41,601 nucleotides of DNA, taken from contig JAOPZY010000173.1 in NCBI GenBank assembly GCA_025963875.1, forward strand, positions 1-41,601, in the 5' to 3' direction. This stretch comes from Actinomycetota bacterium (lineage in GTDB: Bacteria; Actinomycetota; CADDZG01; JAHWKV01; JAOPZY01). Of this stretch, positions 34,459 to 41,601 are shown piece by piece. Numbering within the stretch: position 1 is the first letter of the stretch; each line of letters starts with the position of its first letter. A program made the position numbers and the translations under genes. A model generated the notes under the pieces. It was not told where the DNA came from, made no database searches, and saw only the letters and a program-made list of their open reading frames with translations.

Positions 34459-35918
34459 GAAATTCCGTGTACGTCCGGCCGCTTGACCGCCTGTCCTCCA
34501 TCCGGGTCAAGCTGGGATCGATCACCGTCCTCGCGGTCCTCGTGACCATCGGGACGCTCTACGTGCTCATCGGCTTCGCCCTCCGCAACTCCGAGCGGGA
34601 GGTGGCGTTGCGCCAGTCGCTCGGGTCGGCCCGTGACCTCTCGACCCAGGCCTTCGACGCCGGGGGGCACCGGACGGCGTCGCTGCCGGAGGCAGCCGCC
34701 CGGGCGGGGCACTTCGTCCTCGTCGTCGATGCCCAGGGCGAGGTCCTGCAGGCGAGCATGCCCGTCCCGGGCACCGTCGCCAAGGCCCTGGCGGGCTCGG
34801 TCGATACCGGCATCGTCGACGGCCTGGAGTATGTCGGCGTCCCGGTGGTGCGCAGCGGCGCCGTGACCGGGGCCGTCTACATCGGCACCCCCACCGGTAA
34901 CGGTCTGAGCGCCCTCTCGGCGACAGCGGATCTCCTCCGGGGGTACTGGTGGCAGCTGCTGCTCGCGGGCGCCGTCGCCGCTTCGGTCGCCCTCGTCATC
35001 GCCCGCTTCCTCGCCCGCGGGATGACGACGCCGCTCAGGGAGATGGCGGCAGCCGCCCGCCGGATGTCGCAGGGCGACTACCGCAACCGGGTGGCCGCCA
35101 GCACCCGCGACGAGGTAGGTCAGCTCGCGAGCGCCTTCAACCGGATGGCGGCCCAGCTCGAAGGCGTCGAGGCCAGCCGGCGGGAACTGGTGGGCAACGT
35201 CTCCCATGAGCTGAAGACGCCGATCTCGGCACTGCAGGCCCACCTCGAGAACCTCCTGGACGGCGTCGAGGAGCCGAACCCCGAGGTCCTGGCCGTGATG
35301 CTCGCCCAGTGCGAACGCCTGGCCCGCCTCGTGGACCAGCTGCTCGACCTGTCCCGCCTCGAGTCCGGCGACGTCCCGCTCGAGCTGCAGCCGGTGTCCC
35401 TCGGGGAGCTGGTCGACCAGGTGGTGGCGGAGGTCGGCGTGTCCCGCCCCGACCGGGCGGTGCAGGTGGTCAACGATGTGGGCCCCGGGCTCCCGCCCCT
35501 GCGGGCCGACCGGGAGCGGCTGCACCAGGTGCTCTACAACCTCCTCGACAACGCCTTCCGGTTCACTCCCGCCGGTGGGACGGTCACGGTCGGCGCGCAC
35601 GGCGAGAACGGCTTCTGTTCGATCTCGGTCCACGACACCGGTGCCGGCATCCCCGAGGAGCACATCACACGGGTCTTCGAGCGCTTCTACCGGGTGGACA
35701 GCTCGCGGGCCAGAAGCGGCGGCGGGACCGGTATCGGGTTGGCCATCGCCCGCTCCGTTGTCGAGGCCCACGGGGGCACGATCTGGGCCGAGCCCGGGGG
35801 CCGCGGGGGAGCCACCTTCCGGTTCCTCGTCCCGTTCTGGGACCTCGCACCGGCTTGGGACGCCGGACCCTCGTCACCTGCGATACTCCTGCACGCCAAC
35901 GGAGGGACCCCTAAATGA
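34455..35918 (+). CDS. HAMP-domain sensor histidine kinase (BaeS-like)
   Basis: Two TM segments, HAMP (DEVGQLASAFNRM), VSHELKTP, NLLDNA, DTGAGI, FERFYR, GTGIGLAI; GTGA overlap with the regulator. Confidence 0.93.
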   Translation: MRNSVYVRPLDRLSSIRVKLGSITVLAVLVTIGTLYVLIGFALRNSEREVALRQSLGSARDLSTQAFDAGGHRTASLPEAAARAGHFVLVVDAQGEVLQASMPVPGTVAKALAGSVDTGIVDGLEYVGVPVVRSGAVTGAVYIGTPTGNGLSALSATADLLRGYWWQLLLAGAVAASVALVIARFLARGMTTPLREMAAAARRMSQGDYRNRVAASTRDEVGQLASAFNRMAAQLEGVEASRRELVGNVSHELKTPISALQAHLENLLDGVEEPNPEVLAVMLAQCERLARLVDQLLDLSRLESGDVPLELQPVSLGELVDQVVAEVGVSRPDRAVQVVNDVGPGLPPLRADRERLHQVLYNLLDNAFRFTPAGGTVTVGAHGENGFCSISVHDTGAGIPEEHITRVFERFYRVDSSRARSGGGTGIGLAIARSVVEAHGGTIWAEPGGRGGATFRFLVPFWDLAPAWDAGPSSPAILLHANGGTPK

Positions 35919-36364
35919 GATCGTTGACCACCAACCTGCAGCTCACCCCGACCTGCCGGCACGACATCATCGATGTGACCGACGAACTGGAGCGGGCCGT
36001 GAAGGATTCCGGCGTCACGGACGGCTGCATCGTCGCCTTCTGCGCCCACACGACCGCGACCCTGGTGCTGGGGGAGTGGGAGGATGGCCTGCTGGAGGAC
36101 TTCCGCAAGCGGCTCCTCGATCTCGCCCCCCCGGACGTCTACTACGCCCACGACGACCTCACCCGCCGCACGCAGAACATCGGCGACTGGGTGGAGCCGA
36201 TCAACGGCCACTCCCATATCGCCCACATGATCATGGGCGGCTCGTCGCACACGATCCCGGTGGGGGCCGGACGGCCGCTGCTCGGGCGGTGGCAGCGCCT
36301 GTTGCTGGTCGAGCTCGACGGCCCCCGCCCGCGGGACCTCGTCTTCCACTGCTTCGGGGAGTAA
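35915..36364 (+). CDS. YjbQ/UPF0047 family protein (secondary thiamine-phosphate synthase family)
   Basis: HTTA, YAHDD, NGHSHI, LGRWQRLLLVELDGPRPR. Confidence 0.9.
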   Translation: MRSLTTNLQLTPTCRHDIIDVTDELERAVKDSGVTDGCIVAFCAHTTATLVLGEWEDGLLEDFRKRLLDLAPPDVYYAHDDLTRRTQNIGDWVEPINGHSHIAHMIMGGSSHTIPVGAGRPLLGRWQRLLLVELDGPRPRDLVFHCFGE

Positions 36365-36387
36365 GCCCTCTGGTAGGGTCCCCCGAC

Positions 36388-37194
36388 GTGGAGACCTACC
36401 TCGATACGATCCTCGACCGCACCCGCGTCCGGGTGGAGCTCAGCCGTCGCGAGCACCCGTTCGAGGAGCTCGACCGGGAGAGCCGCAACGCCGGGCAGGC
36501 CCGCGACTTCACCGGCGCCATCCGGGCGGAGGGCATGTCGCTCATCGCCGAGTTCAAGCGACGGTCGCCCTCCAAAGGCGTGATCCGGGCGGACGTCGAT
36601 CCGGCCGAGGTGGCCGGCGCCTACGAGCGGGGCGGTGCCCGGGCGCTCAGCGTCCTCACCGAGCCGGAGTTCTTCTCCGGCTCCCTCGACGACCTCGCCA
36701 GGGCACGCGAGGCCACCACGCTCCCGGTCCTGCGCAAGGACTTCGTCGTCGACCTCTACCAGATCGTCGAGACCCGGGTGGCGGGCGCCGACGCCGTGCT
36801 CCTCATCGTGGCGGCCATCCCCGACCGAGCCCTCTTGGCGGAGCTGGCCGACGCCGCCTCCCACTACGGTCTGCCCGCCTTGGTGGAGGTCCACAGCGAG
36901 TGGGAGCTCGACGACGCCTTCGAGGTCGAGCCTGGGTTGGTCGGGGTCAACCAGCGGGACCTGCGAACCTTCGACGTCGATGACGGCCTTGCGATCCGGC
37001 TCCGCCGCCGCATCCCCTCGGAGGTCGCGATGGTCGCCGAGAGCGGCATCGTCGACCGTGCCGGCGTCGAGGCGCTGGAGGAGGCAGTCGTCGAGGGGAT
37101 GCTGGTGGGGGAGACGCTGATGCGGGCGGACGACCCTGCCCGCGCGGCGCAGGAGCTTCTCGGAACCGCGGGCGGCGACGAGGGCCCCGACTAG
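36388..37194 (+). CDS. trpC: Indole-3-glycerol-phosphate synthase
   Basis: [54 protein letters not shown] 36388. Confidence 0.96.
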   Translation: METYLDTILDRTRVRVELSRREHPFEELDRESRNAGQARDFTGAIRAEGMSLIAEFKRRSPSKGVIRADVDPAEVAGAYERGGARALSVLTEPEFFSGSLDDLARAREATTLPVLRKDFVVDLYQIVETRVAGADAVLLIVAAIPDRALLAELADAASHYGLPALVEVHSEWELDDAFEVEPGLVGVNQRDLRTFDVDDGLAIRLRRRIPSEVAMVAESGIVDRAGVEALEEAVVEGMLVGETLMRADDPARAAQELLGTAGGDEGPD

Positions 37195-37205
37195 ACTTGG
37201 CACCG

Positions 37206-38414
37206 ATGCCTCCCTCCTCGCGCCTTGCCCCTGCCACCGTGCCCGACGAACGCGGGTGGTTCGGCGACTACGGCGGCCGCTTCGCCCCCGAGGTGCTCAT
37301 GGGGGTGCTGGAGGAGCTCGACCGGGCCCGGATCGAGACCCTCGGGGACCAGGCCTTCAACGACGAGTTCCACTCGCTCCTGAAGGAGGTCGCAGGCCGG
37401 CCGACCCCGCTGTACCACGCCCGCCGCCTGACGGCCGAGATCGGGGGCGCCGACATCTGGCTGAAGCGGGAGGACGCCGCCTTCACCGGCTCGCACAAGA
37501 TCAACAACACCCTCGGCCAGCTCCTGCTCGCCCGCCGGATGGGCAAGCGGCGGGTGATCGCGGAGACGGGCGCGGGCCAGCACGGCGTCGCCACCGCCAC
37601 CGCGGCGGCCTGGTTCGGCATCCCCTGCGTCGTCTACATGGGCCTCGAGGACACCCGCCGGCAGGCGCTCAACGTCGCCCGGATGAAGCTGCTGGGGGCC
37701 GAGGTCCGGCCGGTGGCCGCAGGCTCGCGCACCCTCAAGGACGCCATCAACGAGGCCTTCCGGGACTGGGTGGAGAACGTCGAAACCACGCACTACGTCA
37801 TCGGGTCGGTGGTCGGCCCGCACCCGTTCCCCACGCTGGTTGCGGAGTTCCAGCGGGTGATCGGCGACGAGGCGAAGAGCCAGTTCCAGCGGGCGACCGG
37901 CACGCTGCCGGACGCCGTGGTGGCCTGCGTCGGCGGCGGCTCCAACGCCATCGGCATCTTCCGGGCCTTCGTCGACGACCAGGTCCGCCTCTACGGCGTC
38001 GAGGCCGCGGGGGACGGCCTCCAGACCACGCGCCACGCGGCCACGCTGTCCCGCGGCGAACCAGGCGTGCTCCACGGCGCTCGGTCGTACCTGCTGCAGG
38101 ACGCCTCCGGGCAGGTGCAGGAGGCACACTCGATCTCGGCGGGGCTCGACTATCCGGGCGTCGGCCCCGAGCATTCCTGGCTCAAGGACTCGGGGCGGGT
38201 GCGCTACCTCGCCGCCAGCGACACCGAGGCCCTGGAGGCCTTCAGCGTTCTGTCCCGCTCCGAGGGCATCATCCCGGCGCTGGAGTCCTCGCACGCCCTG
38301 GCCCGGGCGAAGGACCTCGCCCGCGAGCTCGGCCCCGGCTACAACGTGCTCGTCAACCTTTCGGGGCGCGGCGACAAGGATGTGGAGATCGTGGCCCGGG
38401 CGATGCGTCTGTGA
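37206..38414 (+). CDS. trpB: Tryptophan synthase beta chain
   Basis: [61 protein letters not shown]. Confidence 0.98.
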   Translation: MPPSSRLAPATVPDERGWFGDYGGRFAPEVLMGVLEELDRARIETLGDQAFNDEFHSLLKEVAGRPTPLYHARRLTAEIGGADIWLKREDAAFTGSHKINNTLGQLLLARRMGKRRVIAETGAGQHGVATATAAAWFGIPCVVYMGLEDTRRQALNVARMKLLGAEVRPVAAGSRTLKDAINEAFRDWVENVETTHYVIGSVVGPHPFPTLVAEFQRVIGDEAKSQFQRATGTLPDAVVACVGGGSNAIGIFRAFVDDQVRLYGVEAAGDGLQTTRHAATLSRGEPGVLHGARSYLLQDASGQVQEAHSISAGLDYPGVGPEHSWLKDSGRVRYLAASDTEALEAFSVLSRSEGIIPALESSHALARAKDLARELGPGYNVLVNLSGRGDKDVEIVARAMRL

Positions 38415-38446
38415 TCCTCGCGGTGCTCGTCAGCTTCTCCGGCTAG

Positions 38447-39253
38447 ATGGGGACCCGGCCGGCCGCCGCCGAGGCGACGGACCTGGAGCGCCGCCTGAAC
38501 GAGGCGCGGGCCGGCGGCCGCAGGCTGTTCGTCCCGTACCTCACCGCGGGGCTGCCGTCGCCGCAGCGCTTCGTCGACCTCCTGTCGGAGATGGCGACCT
38601 GCGCGGATGCGATCGAGGTGGGCATCCCGTTCTCCGACCCGGTGATGGACGGCCCGGTCATCACGGCGGCCTCCACCCAGGCGCTGGAGGCCGGTATCGG
38701 GGTGGACCGCTGCTTCGACCTCATCCGCGACGCCCGCCGCTATGCCGGCGTCCCCATCGTCGCCATGACCTACTACAACCCCGTGCACCGCATGGGGGTC
38801 GACGCCTTCGCCGAGGCACTGCACCAGGCGGGGGCCACCGGGATGATCGTCCCGGACCTTCCCTTCGAGGAGTCGGCCGCGCTGCGGGGGGAGCTGGCGC
38901 AGCGCGGGATGGCGCTCGTGCAGATGATCGCCCCCACGACGCCGCTCGAGCGCGCCGCGGTCCTGTCGAGGGGCTCGGGGGGCTTCGTGTACGCCGTGTC
39001 GCGCCTGGGGGTGACCGGGGAACAGGCGACCCTCGGCGGGGCGGCGCTCGCGGTGGTTGTGCGCATCCGACCGCACACCCGGCTCCCGGTCCTGCTCGGC
39101 ATCGGGATCTCCAACGGGGAGCAGGCGGCCGCGGCGGCCAAGGTGGCCGACGGCGTCATCGTCGGCAGCGCCATCATGAAGCGGGTGCTCAACGGCGAAC
39201 CGGACGGGGCGGCGGCGCTGGCCCGGGAGATCCGGCGAGCCTTGGATGCATAA
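38447..39253 (+). CDS. trpA: Tryptophan synthase alpha chain
   Basis: PYLTAG, EVGIPFSDPVMDGPVI, MTYYNP, PDLP, GVTG, ADGVIVGSA. Confidence 0.97.
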   Translation: MGTRPAAAEATDLERRLNEARAGGRRLFVPYLTAGLPSPQRFVDLLSEMATCADAIEVGIPFSDPVMDGPVITAASTQALEAGIGVDRCFDLIRDARRYAGVPIVAMTYYNPVHRMGVDAFAEALHQAGATGMIVPDLPFEESAALRGELAQRGMALVQMIAPTTPLERAAVLSRGSGGFVYAVSRLGVTGEQATLGGAALAVVVRIRPHTRLPVLLGIGISNGEQAAAAAKVADGVIVGSAIMKRVLNGEPDGAAALAREIRRALDA

Positions 39254-39278
39254 CTCGATACGGAAAGGAGGGACTGCG

Positions 39279-39497
39279 GTGGCGGGTTGGGGCGACGATC
39301 CGATCCTGGAGGAGCTGCGGACGCTCATCGAGGAGGGCTGGGAGGTCGTGAGCATCGAGGAGGACGTCGACACCGACGACGGCCCCGCCGACCGGGTGGT
39401 GATCCGTCCAGCGGCAGACGGGGAGTCCCGGGAGTTCGTCAGCGACCATCTGGCGTTCCACCGCTACGTCACCGGCTTGCAGGGGGAAACCTACTGA
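39279..39497 (+). CDS. Small acidic hypothetical protein, 72 aa
   Basis: AAGGAGG SD before GTG 39279; high-GC codon usage; its stop is 1 nt before the next ATG. Confidence 0.65.
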   Translation: MAGWGDDPILEELRTLIEEGWEVVSIEEDVDTDDGPADRVVIRPAADGESREFVSDHLAFHRYVTGLQGETY

Positions 39498-39498
39498 C

Positions 39499-40158
39499 AT
39501 GACCGAAGCCGGGTCTGAAGCTCGTGGGGCCTTCCTCATCGACGTGGACGGGACCCTCGTCGACACGAACTACCACCACGCCATCGCCTGGTACCGGGCA
39601 TTCCGGCGCCATGAGCTCACCCTGCCGCTGTGGCGGATCCACCGCTCGATGGGGATGGGCGGGGACCAGCTCATCAAGGCCCTCGCGGGACAGGAAGTGG
39701 AGGACAGCCTTGGCGATGCCATCCGGGCTGCCGAGAAGGGGCTGTACGGCGAGCTGATCGGGGAGGTCCAGCCCCTGGAAGGGGCGCGCGAGCTGCTCGC
39801 CGACCTTCATGCGGCGGGCCGTTGCGTCGTGCTCGCCAGCTCGGCGAAGCGGGAGGAGACAGAGCACTACCTCGACCTGCTCGACGCACGCAAGGTCGTC
39901 GACGCCTGGACGGACGCATCGGACGTCAAGGCCACGAAGCCGGAGCCCGATCTGATCTACGCGGCCCTCGAGAAGGTCGGGGCCTCCACGGGCACCATGA
40001 TCGGCGACTCGGTGTACGACTGCATCGCCGCGCACCGGGCGGGCATCCCGTCGCTCACGGTGCTGACGGGGGGGTTCTCCCGCGAGGAGCTCCGGCAGGC
40101 CGGAGCATCGGACGTCTTCGAGTCGGTGGCGGAGCTCCGGCGCAAGTTGCTGCCGTAG
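39499..40158 (+). CDS. HAD-superfamily hydrolase
   Basis: DVDGTLVD, ASS, KPEPD, IGDSVYD motifs. Confidence 0.93.
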   Translation: MTEAGSEARGAFLIDVDGTLVDTNYHHAIAWYRAFRRHELTLPLWRIHRSMGMGGDQLIKALAGQEVEDSLGDAIRAAEKGLYGELIGEVQPLEGARELLADLHAAGRCVVLASSAKREETEHYLDLLDARKVVDAWTDASDVKATKPEPDLIYAALEKVGASTGTMIGDSVYDCIAAHRAGIPSLTVLTGGFSREELRQAGASDVFESVAELRRKLLP

Positions 40159-40165
40159 CCCGCCG

Positions 40166-41554
40166 TCAGTAGATCCTCCGCAGAAGCCGCTGGCGCAGCT
40201 TCGTGTAGGGCGGGTACTGCAGGGGCGGCTCGGGGAGGGTGGGCTTTGTCATGACCGCCTTGCGGTGGCTGAAGGTCTCGAAGCCCCACCGCCCGTGGTA
40301 GGCCCCCATGCCGCTCTCGCCGACGCCGCCGATCGGGAGGCCGGGCACGGCGAACTGGACGATGCAGGAATTGACGCACGCGCTGCCCGACGAGGTGCGT
40401 GCGAGGACGTCGTCGGCGACCCGGTCGTGGCTTGTGAAGACGTAGAGGGACAAGGGCTTCGGGCGCTGGTTCACGAAGCCGATGGCCGAGTCGATGGTCG
40501 GCACCGAGATGACCGGGAGGATGGGGCCGAAGATCTCCTCCTGCATGACGGGGGCGTCGGGCGAGACCCCCCGCAGGATGGTGGGCGGCAGGTAGCGCTG
40601 CGTGGGATCCGCCGAGGCGGTGCCCCCGATCACCGTCTCGGCGTAGCCGCCGGCGTCCAGGAGGCCCTGCAGTCGGTGGAAATGCTGATCGTTCACGATG
40701 CGCCCGTAGTCGGGGCTTGCCTTGGGGTCCTTGCCGTAGAACTCCTCGACCATCGCCGAGAGCCGTTCCAGGAGCGGAAGCTCGACATCTCCATGCACCA
40801 GGATGTAGTCGGGTGCGACGCAGGTCTGCCCGGCGTTGACGAACTTGCCGTAGGCGAGGCGGCGGGCGGTGACGTCCAGGTTCACGTCCTTGTCGACGAT
40901 CGCCGGTGACTTGCCGCCGAGCTCGAGGGTGACCGGGGTGAGGTGCTTGGCGGCGGCCTCCATGACGACGTGGGCGACGCGGGCACCGCCTGTGTAGAAG
41001 ATGTGGTCGAAGCGTTCCGCCAGCAGGGAGGTGGCCACCTCGGCGCCGCCCTCGACGATGGCGACGGCGTCCTGGTCGAGGTGGCTCGGGATCAGTTTGG
41101 CCACCGCGGCCGAGGTGGCGGGGGCCAGCTCGGAGGGCTTGCCCACGACCGTGTTGCCGGCGGCGATGGCGGAGGCCATCGGCAGGAGCAGGAGCTGAAC
41201 GGGATAGTTCCAGGGAGCGATCACGAGCGCGACGCCCAGCGGCTCGGGGACGATCTTCGCCCGGGCGGGCTGCAGGACGACCGGCACGTGGACGTGGTCG
41301 GGCCGCATCCACCCGTCGAGGTGGTGCAGCATGTGGGTGATCTCCCGCTGGACCAGGCGCAGCTCGGATACCCAGCTCTCGGCTGGTGCCTTGCCCAGAT
41401 CCTCCCGCATCGCCCGGCACAGTTCGTCCTCGCCCTCGGTGAGCAGCCGGCTCAGGCGCTTGAGCTGGTCCTTGCGCCAGGCGGCGGAGCGCGTCTGTCC
41501 CGAGTCGAACGTGTCGCGCAGCATGGCGACGGTCTTGGCGATCTCAGTGGTCAT
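40166..41554 (-). CDS. Aldehyde dehydrogenase (ALDH3-like)
   Basis: APWNYP, KPSE, TLELGGKSP, NAGQTCVAPDY, EEIFGPILP; AAGGAGG SD. Confidence 0.95.
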   Translation of the reverse strand: MTTEIAKTVAMLRDTFDSGQTRSAAWRKDQLKRLSRLLTEGEDELCRAMREDLGKAPAESWVSELRLVQREITHMLHHLDGWMRPDHVHVPVVLQPARAKIVPEPLGVALVIAPWNYPVQLLLLPMASAIAAGNTVVGKPSELAPATSAAVAKLIPSHLDQDAVAIVEGGAEVATSLLAERFDHIFYTGGARVAHVVMEAAAKHLTPVTLELGGKSPAIVDKDVNLDVTARRLAYGKFVNAGQTCVAPDYILVHGDVELPLLERLSAMVEEFYGKDPKASPDYGRIVNDQHFHRLQGLLDAGGYAETVIGGTASADPTQRYLPPTILRGVSPDAPVMQEEIFGPILPVISVPTIDSAIGFVNQRPKPLSLYVFTSHDRVADDVLARTSSGSACVNSCIVQFAVPGLPIGGVGESGMGAYHGRWGFETFSHRKAVMTKPTLPEPPLQYPPYTKLRQRLLRRIY

Positions 41555-41601
41555 GGGCTTCCTCCTTGGGGCCTGATGGGCAGGTGGAGCGCCCCCGGCG
41601 C

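Noticed and set aside
35476..36387. Apparent N-terminal extension of trpC (and similar ones for hisB, hisA and the SDR)
   Set aside because: Off-frame overlap with upstream genes; the family motifs start at the downstream codons used here.

Overview
High-GC, Actinomycetota-like chromosomal window. It holds mostly housekeeping genes: a partial type-2 ileS (minus strand, runs off the left edge), DUF167-dksA-lspA-rluA, dnaE, hisD-C-B-H-A-F, divergent nadC/nadA, hisI-trpE and trpC-B-A. Accessory genes are interleaved: a DUF929 thioredoxin with VKOR, two two-component clusters, an LPxTG surface protein and a Ser/Thr kinase with a C-terminal lectin-like propeller. The most unusual segment is an AT-richer island at about 5250-8370 between rluA and the VKOR gene. 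It carries two diverged tandem copies of one module: hairpin, sigma70 promoter, a Sec-secreted Cys-containing protein with BECR/barnase-type RNase motifs, and a translationally coupled small cytoplasmic partner. In copy 2 the putative toxin has lost its catalytic-motif segment while the partner ORF is still open at about 80% amino-acid identity. This fits an uncharacterised secreted toxin/immunity system with an orphan immunity copy. Other notable signals are four similarly built palindromes with symmetric internal loops, a symmetric bidirectional -10 element between ileS and DUF167, the GVHH signature in IleRS, and many apparently leaderless genes. All calls come from reading the sequence and ORF track by eye; no searches were run.
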